A stretch of DNA of 64,000 nucleotides. Source: Octopus sinensis (lineage: Eukaryota). The DNA lies in assembly GCF_006345805.1 (NCBI RefSeq), contig NC_043001.1, forward strand, positions 121,954,001 through 122,018,000, given 5' to 3'. Made by a program: the position numbers and the translations under genes. Of the stretch, positions 12,209 to 24,445 are shown piece after piece; within the stretch, counting starts at the first letter, position 1, and each line of letters begins with the position of its first letter. The notes beneath the pieces were generated by a model. It searched no databases. It worked only from the letters and a program-made list of their open reading frames with translations, and was not told the DNA's origin.

Positions 12209-12528
12209 GTATACATGTCTTGAGTATGTATATAACACATTCAGTTTTAAATATACAGACACTATTTTATATACTAAGGTGTGTGAATATGTACATATAC
12301 AATTTATATATATGTGTGTATATGTATACATGTCTTGTGTACGCATATTACACATTCAGTTTTAAATATACACACAGTATTTTATATACTTAGGTGTGTG
12401 AATATGTACATATACAATTTATATATATGTGTGTATATGTATACATGTCTTGTGTACGCATATTACACATTCAGTTTTAAATATACACACAGTATTTTAT
12501 ATACTTAGGTGTGTGAATATGTACATAT

Positions 12529-12573
<45 letters not shown>

Positions 12574-12672
12574 ATGTATACATGTCTTGAGTACGTATAT
12601 TACACATTCAGTTTTAAATATACAGACACTATTTTATATACTTAGGTGTGTGAATATGCACATATACAATTT
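12209..12672. repeat. Minisatellite, 4 x ~115 bp
   Basis: Units start at 12209, 12324, 12439 and 12576 with GTATACATGTCTTG. Confidence 0.92.
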
Positions 12673-15284
12673 TAATATAAACATGTTATGTGCATGTATA
12701 ATGAATGTGTGAATCTCTCTCTCTCTCTCTCTCTCTCTTCGTATGAAGTCTTCATTGTGAATGTTGATGAAGATCCTTGTAATATCGATTTTATATTTGG
12801 ATCTCGTGCACTGAACAGGACATTCCACGGCACCTATCACTTCCTGGATTGTCAAATGGTAGAACGGAAAAGGAATATTAATTTTAAAAAAAATAAATTA
12901 AAAGAACCAAAAAATCTTTTCCTTTTTTTTTTTTCCTCAATATATTTTATAACTGATATATCGGGAATTCCTCGACATACTCATACCAAATGGTTGAGTA
13001 ATTCTGTTGCACTTTTCATATTCCCCCCTCAATACACTCCTGCATAGCAGTCCCTGATTTCTTCAGAGAATCGTTCCTGCTACACTTGTTGGTAATAGTA
13101 CTGTTGCAGCGGCTGATGTTGCAATAGTTTGAGCCTGCTGCAACTGGAAGGCACTGTTGTAGTTCTGCTTTCATACTGGGTGGTGGGGGAATGTTTCTTT
13201 GTTAGAAAATGTTAATGCATTGTTTAGCCATAACTCCACCTTGCCGCCGACATCTAACTTAAATTTATTCACGAGAGCCAACTAGGAAGTGAGCCTTTGT
13301 GGTCGCTCGACCGATTAGAAACAGCAGTCAGATCTAACTAAAACCATGCATACCGGCATACAATAGAAAAGACAGTGATTCGCACCTATTTTAATTTTGC
13401 AATACAGTCTTTACATACATAAAAATATGACATGGTCACGTCTGGAATGCATTTGATCATAGATCTGCCCTATCAAGTATGACCCAGGGTTAAACAACAC
13501 CATAAATTTATTCAGTTATCTGATGCCTAAATCGGTGGATTGTCGCATCTTTATGTCCGTTCATCCAATAGCAACAGTTTAGGATTTCATTAAATCTGGT
13601 GTTGCCAAGTCTCTGTAATATGGGTTTTCTTTCATTGCAGCCATTTGTAAATCTTCATCTTGCGGGCTACTTCCTCTCCTTAATAAAATAAAATCTCCAA
13701 TCATTATTATGAGTGCAGCCTTATAACAGTGCCACCTTACCGATTCTTGCTGCTGAAAGGGACTCTGTTTCTAACCCAAATTATTGTTTTGTTTCTTTAA
13801 ACTTAACTTAATGGGCTTTTTTTGGAGGGAGATGGGTTTAATCGGATATAGTAATAAAAACATCTGTCCTGTTTGTATATTTTTAGTTTACATCTGTTTT
13901 ATTGTTTCATCATCGACTCTGCGTAAACCACCATTTTTACAGCTTCTTATAATGTACCCATCCTTTGTCACCCTTTTGACATATTTTTATTAGCTCTAGT
14001 CCTTCTGATTTTCAAACCTTAGCCGTTCATCTTTTCGAGATCCATAAAATACCAGTCAAGAACCGAGGTTAATTTGATCGGATCCTCCACCTCCTAATAA
14101 AGCACTCTATGTAACTGGAATCAAGCCCGTCGCCACACTCTGGTGCCTAGGGATGCTTCAGAATATTCTGGGTGGGCACTAATTTGTAATAATGTCTAAG
14201 TGGAGTTTCGACAATAAGTGCATCACTGTAAATCTGAGGGTACACCGTTGAATAGTGAGGAGGCAGTGCCGTGCGGTGCACCCTCTTAGCGACGGACATG
14301 ATTGGAATTATAATGGCTATACTTACTCTTGAAAATAAAAAAAAAAGGAAAAACAAACTTATTGGGATATATTTACCTGTTAAACCAAATCAGCTATATA
14401 AAACCAACTAATTTCAGTTAACCCTATTATTATTTCTTCGAAAACTTTAAGTAGCGAAAATCAGAACTGCTTTCTCTTCTTGTTAATCAGGAAGAAAATG
14501 CAACAGTGATTGAAAATATCTAATATCATGGGACCACCTGTGAGAACGACACCCAATATGTCCTCCATTCTATTTTAAAAACAGAAACACCTGATTTGAA
14601 ATTACTGTGACTATTTCTTGACAGTCGGTCGACCGTTTAGATTTTTAAAATTATTATTGACTCGTTACTAACTATTAAATGTAGAATGTGTTCTAATAGT
14701 GAAAACAAATGGTGGATTCAGTGAAACATTAACTATAAAAGCAAGCCAAAGATCGGGACTTAACGTGATCGTATAACCAAATTGAAAACCAAATTTCACT
14801 AACCTATTAAATATACGAAATATATGTATCTACGATCTAGAACACCATTAAATGAGAATTCTTAAAGCCTTAGAGCAACAGCTGGACCACTGCATTCTGA
14901 GTTCAAATACCGCGAGGTCAACTTTATTGTCCATATTTTCGGGTCGATAAAATACCAGTGATGTATTATGGTTGGTTTTATATTATACCTCAGTGACATG
15001 AACAGTCATAACAAAACGAAACCGGATGACAACAGTTTCAACCTCATTTTTTAATCAAACGGTCAGTCAGGGCTGACCTGGGATTAACCAACAACAACAA
15101 AGAAAGAGATTTATTATTGTCTCTCTCTTCTCCCTGCCTCTTCATATTCTCGCAATAGTTTCATAATTCTGAATCTATTTAAATCTTTCTTTTGTTTTTA
15201 CTGTCCCCTTTTTCCCTTGCCATTTTTTCTTCTTTCTCGCATGACTAGTTTATATTTTCCCATAAATATATTTTACAATTTCGG

Positions 15285-15511
15285 GGTTTAGGTGGCGAGC
15301 TGGCAGACACGTTAACGTGCCGGGCGAAATGCTTAGCAGTATTTCGTCTGTCGTTACATTCTGAGTTCAAATTCCGCCGAGGTCGACTTTGCCTTTCATT
15401 CTTTCGGGGTCGATAAATAAAGTACCAGTTACGCACCGGGGTCGATGTAATCGACTTTATCCATTTGTCTGTCCTTGTTTTCCCCTCTATGTTTAGCCCC
15501 AATAAAGAAAT
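15285..15511 (+). mobile_element. SINE B, full length, 19-bp TSD
   Basis: GGTGGCGAGCTGGCAG head, GAGTTCAAATTCC B box, tail CAATAAAGAAAT. TSD ATATATTTTACAATTTCGG at 15266-15284 and 15512-15530. Confidence 0.93.
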
Positions 15512-18049
15512 ATATATTTTACAATTTCGGAGTTGACGGCTAATAATCAAGTGAGCCGCAAATAGTGAGTTGTTTATAGCTATCAAATACGAGTTTCGGT
15601 ATAATTGAGTGTATTTCTCAAGAACCTGTGGCTTGTTTGTTAGAAATAATTCTCACTCTCTTTCATACACACTGTCTCCATTTCTTTCTCTCTTTCTTTC
15701 CGACACTGTCCACCCCTCTCTCTATCTCTGTGAGTTTTCACTCTCCTAGACTCTGTCCGTCTCTCTGATTCTCTCTCCTTCCCCGACTGTCCATCTCTCC
15801 TCGCTACACAAGTATCGTGGGTAACAGATGGTAGAGACCTTCGTGATATTTAGTTAAATCTGTTCTGTTTTCAAATGTCTTTTCTTGCTTCCCGACTTAG
15901 AAAAATTAGTACCAGAAGGCTTATGCAAATATTAAAATGTTATTTCTCTACAAACGCGAAATATATCTCTAGCTACTACCCTTAGCAATTGCATTGTCAG
16001 CAGTAGATAAGGACTCACATTTAGGAAGAACTCCAATATTTCTTCTCTCTTTGTCGTTTCTTGTTTAGCCTCTGATCAACTCCAATGAAGTAATCATTCT
16101 GAAGCCAACGAGAAAAATCTGTACACGTTCGCTCAACGTGCTAAAAATAACAGGCAAACCCACTTTAAAAAGGACAGTATTTGATCCAGAAACTAACTGA
16201 AATGACCAGACTTCGGTTTCAAAAGGGGTTCAAGTCTTGACCAGCTTATCCAGGTTCAATCATAGTATTCATTAGGATAGAAGTACATTGTCAAATGTGT
16301 TGTTTCTTTTTCATGTCAGTAAGACGTAATTTTGACGGAGATTTGGTTAATATTTCTAGCAATTCGAACAACCACATAAAGGTTTACTTGTAAGTTTGTA
16401 CGCTTCTAGGGAGCAATAAACTATGACAAGCTGGCAAGAACTACTGTTATTTTTTTTTTTTTGTACACACAGTATGATTTTGATTCCAGTAGTGTTAATT
16501 ATTATCATGCTATACTGCGTTGAAAAATTACTGGGAGCAATTAACCAAAAACTGTGGCATTTTTGACGTAATAAGCCAAGAAATTTTAATGAGAATTTTC
16601 AACCTTACTGATGAGGACAATCATTTTTTTTTTTAATGGCAACATCTAGTGAACCAAATAAAATTAAATATAGAATGATTTAGAACATTTCGATATTATA
16701 GCTGTGAAAACAGCCTGATCTTTAACATTATGCTATTGTCGCTGTATTTGTAGAGTAGCTGTACAGTGATGTACCCTTCTCTCATAGAATTCATCCGTTA
16801 GCCATATTGTACTGTAAAGTCTTCTGTACTCTAATGAAAATTTAAACGAGGGAAGCTCTACCTGGTAGTGCAACTTGCAAGAAATAGCTACTAAATCGCC
16901 TCGTGTCATCCAACCGTTTCTGGAAAAAAGGGAAAAAATATATATTGGATAATATAGACCTAGATGTCTGGAATCTTAAAAAGGAAAATGGTTTCATGTG
17001 AGCATTTTTGATCAAGTTTAATTTGGTACTAACCAAATTTGTTTGTGTCTTTGTGACTGTAGAGCTTAGCTACCTTTCACATTAAATGAAATAAATGAAC
17101 TTGGGTATGTCTGTCTATGACTATAAACATTATTTATTTTGAGATTGATAAAATAATGATAATCCCTTATTTTTTACTACTAAGGGTAAAACACTGGGCG
17201 TTGGTGTGGGTAGATTACTAAGTCAGAAATCAAAAGTTGTTCCTCTTCCTCCGCAACTTTGAAAGGGGAAGAAAAAACCCCATTAAAACTTTACAAAATA
17301 TCACTGTTAATCTATTTTCAAATATTTATATCTAGATATATCGATAGATTTGACTTGTTGAATCATATTTTTGTGTATCTGTTCTGAGTATGTGTGTTAT
17401 ATATATGTATAACGCCATTTCAATTTATTTACATATATCCATGTAAGGATATCGTCTGTGTGTTTTTAGACTTCTTTTCGTTGTATATATGTGTTGTGCT
17501 TCTACATTAATGTGTTTCTGCGTATCTCTGTATATGTCTGTGTTCTGTCATTGTTTTCATTGTGTATGCCAGTGGTTACTTCTCTCAGTGTTACATTATA
17601 TGTTGAAGAGAAAACCTGTTTGTACAAGTTTGTATTCATCTATTTTCTTCCTTGTTCTATTGTGATGCTGGATAGTTTTTTCCTTTTTTTTTTTTCCTTT
17701 TAATAATATTTTGTCTATATAGCAATTTTTTTCTGAGTTGCTCAATTTTCCCTTGCAACCTGAGAAGTACTTTCAGCGGTATTTCTCTTGGTGTTAACAC
17801 TGGTCGTGTCGATAACTGTTTCAACTGTGTTCATCACATGTTTTATTCAACCTAACTGGTACTACATTATTTCAAGCACTGCTCATACAAAAAGAACGCA
17901 TTACACAGCCCATTAAACATGAACGCCCGCTCCTAATAATGTTCCCAGTACCTTCTTAAAGCGTGGGCATACAATACAGTTGCCCTAAGGCCTCTCTGGC
18001 AAGTAGCTCAAAGCTGATTTATATATCCTATAGCTTGCAGTCAGTAGGA

Positions 18050-18600
18050 TCCAATCCATTGATTTACCTGGGGCCTATAATGCTGTCAAGACAGCACTGG
18101 TTGCACTCCACTATCACCAGCAGTCTCTCCTGGCAAAAGCACATCCTTAGCATGGGTTCCACTGTATTCCAGAAACAGGTCCTGAAGAGAAGGACCACAG
18201 AGTATTTCAATCCCCAGCAACTGCTATCATTCTATAAGACTCAAATGAGGTCCATAATGGAATCCTACTCCCATTTCTTTAGACAGTGCTGCTACAATGC
18301 ACACAGACATCCTAGATCACATCCAGAGATGGTAGGTGGACACTTGACCAATTGGTATTCAGTCACATACAGACATATTCTAATATCTGGCCTGCTTACT
18401 GTCTTTTCTCTCTGTATTTTCTGCTGCTTCTCCAATTGGCCCACTTCCTCTGAACTGGCCGATCTCATACCCCCACCACTCCTTTCCACTTCTCGTCACT
18501 CTTAGGGTGCTCCCACCCCTAACTAGTTATGTCCAGTCTTTCCTCCTCAGAACATCATACCTCTAGAATCTCTCCGCCCCTCACTTTCCTGCAAGTGTTG
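18050..18600 (+). mobile_element. Decayed CR1/L2-group LINE RT C-terminal fragment
   Basis: TITSSLSWQKHI ... YFNPQQLLSFYKTQMRSIMESYSH ... SELADLIPPP matches the recalled CR1/L2 pattern LSW..HI / LL.LYK..IRP.MEY.S. Confidence 0.75.
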
Positions 18601-18610
18601 ACCTATAATA

Positions 18611-18920
18611 GCGAAGGCACGTGGCTTAGTGGTTAAGGTATTTGGCTCCCAATCTTAAGGTTGTGAGTTCAATTCCTGGTGATATGTTGTGTCCTTAAAC
18701 GAGACACTTCATTTTATGTTGCTCAACCAGCAAAAATTAGTTGTACCTGTAATTCAATGGTGCCAACCTTGACACATTTTGTGTTATGCTGAATCTCCCT
18801 GAGAACTATACTAAGAGTACATGTGTCTGTGGAGTGTTCAGTCACTCGCATGTTAATTTCAGGAGCCGGCTGTTCCATGGATTGAATCACCTGGAACCTT
18901 CATCATCATAACCGGAATGC
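18611..18920 (+). mobile_element. SINE family D
   Basis: TGGCTTAGTGGTTAAG ... GAGTTCAATTCC plus shared body. Confidence 0.85.
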
Positions 18921-19018
18921 CATTTCTTTTCCTGTTTTTGACTTGCAGTAGTTAAATGGGACATTAACAACATCAAATTCAAGAGACTTGTATCTTGGAA
19001 AGGTCTTTATGCTAATAA

Positions 19019-19301
19019 CTAGCACTATGACCTGGCAACGCCGGGTCATACAGCTGGCTGGCATTCAATTGGCGTATCAAGTTTTGGGCATTTTGATTGG
19101 GTTTTGGATAGAAAATTCACAAAAATGTCACTTCTGTTGATTTTTTTAATGGCTTTGCAGGGTGGCAGGGGAATTGTAAAGATGTGCACAACCATTCATG
19201 GGTGGTTTTGAATGACCATAGAAAGTGCGAGCCCTCAAACTTAAAAATTGTGGATTTGTATAAAGGACACACACACAGACAGACATTTTGCCATATAGAG
19301 A
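19019..19301 (-). mobile_element. Non-autonomous Helitron, internally deleted copy
   Basis: Colinear with 28720-29087; 5' TCTCTATA end and part of the 3' hairpin are present. Confidence 0.8.
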
Positions 19302-19311
19302 TAAATACATG

Positions 19312-19594
19312 CATTGGTTCTATATTATTTCTATATTAGTCAGTTGCTTAACTAATTAATTAATCAATTGTTTGATTAATCATTTGGTCAGTCAATCAGT
19401 CAACTAGATTTGTCAAAAATTTTTCACCACCATTCTGAAGCAGACCTGGATTAGAGAGGACATGTCATTGATGAGGTCGTGCATGGCAATGAAAGGACTT
19501 TGACAGACTTAGCTGATTGATTGATTGTTTGGTCAAACAATTCAGCAAATGATCAACTGGTTAATAAAAATAAAGAAGTGAATTAAAACCAGTG
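19312..19594. mobile_element. MITE-like repeat with CATTGGTTCTAT termini
   Basis: Imperfect terminal inverted repeats; related copies at ~29335-29720 and 56942-57201. Confidence 0.6.
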
Positions 19595-20695
19595 TGTGTG
19601 TGTGTCTAGGTGTTATTGGCATATAGAAAATGATGAGTTGGTAGAATTGTTAGCACACTAGATGAAATGCTTCACCATATTTCTTCTGGCTTTATGTTCC
19701 ATGTTCAAATTCCACTGAGGTTGTCTCTGTCTTTCATACTTTCTGGGTTGATAAAATAGTACCAGGTGAGTACTGGGGTTGAGCTAATCAACTAGCAACC
19801 TCTCCCATCAAATTTCAGGCCTTGTACTCTTTTACTTGTTTCAGTCATTTGACTGTGCCCATGTTGGAGTACTGCCTTTAGTCGAGCAAATCGACCCCAA
19901 GACTTATTCTTTGTAAGCCTAGTACTTATTCTATTGGGCTGGTCCAAGCAACAAGAGCATAACACATAGTGCTGTTGCAACAACAGCAGTGTACTCTAAA
20001 TTGTCTGTTATTTCAGCTTCTCCAGTTAATGTGTCAGTTAGTTTGCACTAGGAAGATAAGCTATTATTTCTACTAACCTTTCTTTGTCTTCCATCCTTTA
20101 GCAGGGGTCATTAAAGATTTAGAAAAAAAACCCCCAAAAAACACCAGTCAAGTTACTTGGAGCAATTAATTTGACTGTAGCCTTACCTCCCAAATATGTA
20201 CTTTTGTAGCAAAATGAAGAATAAATATTCTGTTAATGCCAACATAGTGAGATGTCCTACCTTGGTTTGATGTTTGTGACCAGAAATAACTCCATGAATC
20301 AAATTATAGATGAACAGCTAATTTTACATGTAGGACATATTAGACGTAAGTATTAATTCTAAAATAGGAAATAACAGGCTCACTGACTGGTTTCTATTTC
20401 TGTCTGAAATTAGTGTCTATAATGGTTAATATCATTTACATTAAAATCTCAGCTGTTAATTTATTATTTGTTGTTAGGTTACATTGCTGCAGCAGCTAAG
20501 CAGGACAGTTAAAGTGATGGTGGTGGTGGTAGTGTTAATTTGTAGACATACATAGTCAGCATATAAGATAGTAATTGGATAATGAGGTATTTCAGTTTAA
20601 CCTAACAGATGAGCCTTGATTGAGCAGACCTAGTGAAAAGCAGGCATTCTTTGTATGACTGTCTTGTCTTTTTAGCTATATATATATATATATGT

Positions 20696-20904
20696 ACTTT
20701 TTACTCTTTTACTTGTTTCAATCATTTGACTGTGGCCATGCTGGAGCACTGCCTTTAGTCGAGCAATTCGACCCCAGGACTTATTCTTTGTAAGCCTAGT
20801 ACTTATTCTATTGGTCTCTTTTGCCGAACTGCTAAGTTACGGGGACGTAAACACACCGGCATTGGTTGTTAACCGATGTTGGGTGTACAAACACAGAAAC
20901 ACAA

Positions 20905-20941
<37 letters not shown>

Positions 20942-21075
20942 CGACGGGCTTCTTTCAGTTTCACTCAAGGCTTTGGTCGGTCCGAGGCTATAGTAGAAGA
21001 TACTTGCCAAGGTACCATGCAGTGGGACTGAACCCGGAACCATGTGGTTGGTAAGCAAGCTACTTACCACACAGT
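20696..21075 (-). mobile_element. SINE family A with an internal deletion
   Basis: Reverse complement of the family-A tail, microsatellite and head. A further tail fragment lies at 19826-19945. Confidence 0.88.
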
Positions 21076-21164
21076 GACTATATATATATATTTCTATATA
21101 TAAAATGCCTACTAAAAGATAGTTGGCATGGCTGTGCTTAGAATCAGGCATTTGTGTGTAAAGG

Positions 21165-21550
21165 TGCAGGTATAACTGTGGTTGAGAAGTTTACATCCCA
21201 GTTATGTTCTTTTGAATAATGTTCTTCCATGCCAGTGGCACGTAAAAGGGCACCATTCGAGCGTCATCGTTATCAACGTCGCCTTACTGGCACCTGTGCT
21301 GGTGGCATGTGTAAAAAGATTCGAGCAAGGTCGTTGCCAGTACCACCTGACTGGCCCCCGTACCGGTGGCACGTAAAAAGCACCCACTACACTCTCAGAG
21401 TAGTTGGTGTTAGGAAGGGCATCCAGCTGTAGAAACTCTGCCAAATCTAGATTGGAGCCTGGTGCAGCCATCTGGTTCACCAGCCCTCAGTCAAAATCGT
21501 CCAACCCATGCTAGCATGGAAAGCGGACGTTAAACGATGATGATGATGAT
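21165..21550 (+). mobile_element. SINE family C with RTE-like (GAT)n tail
   Basis: Ends CCAACCCATGCTAGCATGGAAAGCGGACGTTAAACGATGATGAT. Confidence 0.85.
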
Positions 21551-22117
21551 GGGATGATCCCATCTGGGGTACTTTTGACAATGTCTACTTGATCATGGCA
21601 CTGGGCATGTGCCTTTTGCTATAGCCATGGGCTAACCAAAGCCTTGTGAATAGATGGAAACAGAGCATCATGTGTATGGGTGTTAGTGGCTCTTTGCCTC
21701 AGCTTTGTGTGGTAGTTGTAAATGAATAGCATCATCATACAAGCTGTCATCCATTTCTTCCTTTCTGGCCTTGGATAAAATATTACCTTGTTTGGAAACA
21801 GGTGAGGTTGATGACTGGAAGCACATCCAGCCAGAGAAAATAAATTCTGTATCATCTGTGAAAGTATGGAAAATTGAACCTTAAAATGAGGATGATGATG
21901 ATAGTTAGTGAGCTTCCTTACAGTTTCTGTCTACTAAATTTTGCATGCAAGGCATTTGTCAATCAAGGCTAAGGTTGAAGACATTTGCCCAAAATGTGCT
22001 ACAGTGGGATTAAACCTGATTATGAACCATGCCTGCACCCGTATTATGCAGTTTGATGCAACCATTGTCTCAGCCATCTTTACCATGTACCATTAAAAGG
22101 CCTTTATAAAAGACCCT

Positions 22118-22577
22118 TTAAACCTTTTGTTACCAACCCAACTGAAACTGGCCTTGGCTCTGAATACAAATGTCTTGTTTTCATAAGTTTTGAATTAAAA
22201 TCTTCCACCAAACCTTAGTCACAATTTATGTTCCTAACACTAGCTGAATGATAACTAAGTTATATTTAGAATTAATTGAAAGAAACACAGAGTATCTCAA
22301 CATAAATATGGTCACAAAAGGGTTAAAATATATAATAGAGAAATAATTCTTAACCCTTTCATTACCAACCTGGCTGAAACCAGCTCTGGCTCTGAGTGCA
22401 AATGTCTTGTTTTCAAAAGTTCTGAATTGAAATCTTCCATTTAACCTTAGTCACAATTTATGTTCCTAATACTAGCTGAATGATAACTAAGTTACTTTAC
22501 TAAATTCTTTGTTATATTTAAAGTAATTAAAAGAAACACAGAGCATCTCAATATATATACAGTAACGAAAGGGTTAA
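22118..22577 (+). mobile_element. Two tandem TTAA-flanked MITE-1 copies (piggyBac-like)
   Basis: 22118-22326 and 22350-22577; TTAA|CCCTTTC.TTACC ... GTAACGAAAGGG|TTAA. TTAA TSD with CCC termini is the piggyBac signature. Confidence 0.88.
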
Positions 22578-23440
22578 TGGTACATCTAAACTCATTGACA
22601 TCCTCTTGTTACCAACACAGACCCTTCTTAGATTTTTCTGATTTCAGATTTTACTCTAACCATATTAATTATCTTTGATCAGCTGATTCATTGAAAACTA
22701 ACAGATTTTCATTCAGATAACATAAATTTTTTTTTTCCTTTTTTCAAATGATTTTCTGTAATTACTTTATCATAAATGGATATTTCTAAAAGTGCTAATA
22801 TTTTTACTAAATACTATTCTGCAATTAGTAGTATAAAAATTTTTTTAGAATTGCTTAAAATCACATTTTAGTAATATTTTTAAATACTACTTTGTAATAT
22901 TTTTATAGCTTTTAATGTGTTTAAATATCTTACGATCTGAATGTATCCGCTTATGTACATTAATAGAAAGAGCTAACACCACAAAATTTCTTTTTTTTTA
23001 TTGCATGAATCAAATTTTTCTTACAGGAATTAAATTTTCAATTTACTTATCAAAAAAATATTGTTCTATCTTTATTTTGATCCAGTGGTATCTTTTCTTC
23101 TTTGAACCATTTTGCTGTAGCAATTTACGTAAGTCAATGTAAATTTGCAGAAATCTCTACCATCTAAATATAGAAAAATCATTACAAAATTAATTACCAG
23201 GACAATCCCTATAATAACTTTTATGATAAAGATGACTGAAGTAACAAGTGTTTTCCTGACACCAGTCTTGATAATCACTTAGAAAAATATAACCAATGAA
23301 ATTACTCATTATGATCTACAGTATCCTCTTAGTTGAACCAACATGAGAGCCTTTATATGGTCATTCAACCTGCTGGAAATAACAGCCAAACCTCTCCCCC
23401 TACTGTCTAAAAATTAAATGGAAAGGACATTTTAGATAAT

Positions 23441-23840
23441 GGATCTTTTCGGTTTGAACGGCAGTTTTTAACATAATTTCTAGGTAACTAAAAAATTTTA
23501 AACTTTGTATACTGGTAAAATGTGTTTATAAAACATCTTTTTCTCTTGGCTTTATTGAGAAAATTCTATAGTTTGTAAGATATTTGTTGTTTTTTTTCTT
23601 CAATTTCTGCAATTTCAACCAATCACTGGCATCCATTGAGGTAAAAAACATTCTGTGCCGTATGAATATGTCCCTCGTTTAAGAAACAGATTGGGTTTAT
23701 TTACATTTGGAAGAAAAAAGATACCCTAACTAACCCTAACACAGATTGAAATGCAATAGATCAATACTAGGGTCATAATTATGGGTGACAATTTCATATG
23801 ACACCGCTAGAAAAAACTGCCGGTCAAACCGAAAAGATCC
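23441..23840. mobile_element. MITE with GGATCTTTTCGGTTTGA TIRs and 8-bp TSD (Merlin- or hAT-like)
   Basis: TSD TAGATAAT at 23433-23440 and 23841-23848. Confidence 0.9.
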
Positions 23841-24112
23841 TAGATAATGTATATTGTAAAAACTTGACATGGTCCCAGCTAGAATGCTGTTTATTAATCA
23901 TAAATCTATTTGTTGATTGAGAACTACATTAACACCATCAACAGCCAGCTTTTTTTAGTACTAAATATATGATAGAAATGTTATTGTATGTTAATTTACT
24001 GTTATTTTGTTTGATGGAGTGAAGAGGACTGGCTGTGTAGGTTTCTAGTTATATCTCTTTCTAATCTTGCTGAAGTTCAGCTTTAGCTTTCATCCTTCTG
24101 GCATCAATTGAG

Positions 24113-24445
24113 ACCCCCTTCGGTCATGAATGACCATGGGATTTCACCTAGAAAGTTACCCTCTCAGGCACAAGTCAGGGCAAGGTTGTTTATGGAAGAC
24201 CAGCAGTCGCCCATGCATACCAGCCTCCCCTATCCACACCACTGATGTTATCCAAGGGAAAGGCAAAGGCCGATACAGCTTGGCACCAGTGATGTCACAA
24301 CTCATTTCTCCAGCTGAGTGAAATGAAGCAACGTAAAATAAAGTGTCTTGCTCAAGAACACAACATGCAGCCCAGTTTGGGAATTGAACTTACAACCTCA
24401 TGATCGTAAGCTCGATGCTCTAACCACTGAACCATGCACCTTCAC
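24113..24445 (-). mobile_element. SINE with a family-D-type head and a different 3' body
   Basis: Head rc of GTGAAGGTGCATGGTTCAGTGGTTAGAGC...GTTCAATTCCC; tail rc ...CCCATGGTCATTCATGACCGAAGGGG. Confidence 0.75.

Noticed and set aside
12209-12672. CRISPR-like array
   Set aside because: Head-to-tail 115-bp units with no unique spacers, no cas genes and a eukaryotic context.
14000-14095. Exon-like VHLFEIHKIPVKNR
   Set aside because: Decayed SINE B' central domain.
15245-15586. 113-aa ORF and similar SINE-spanning ORFs (42569, 50603, 62995, 20837, 36661, 49977)
   Set aside because: Antisense translations of SINE A or B consensus sequence.
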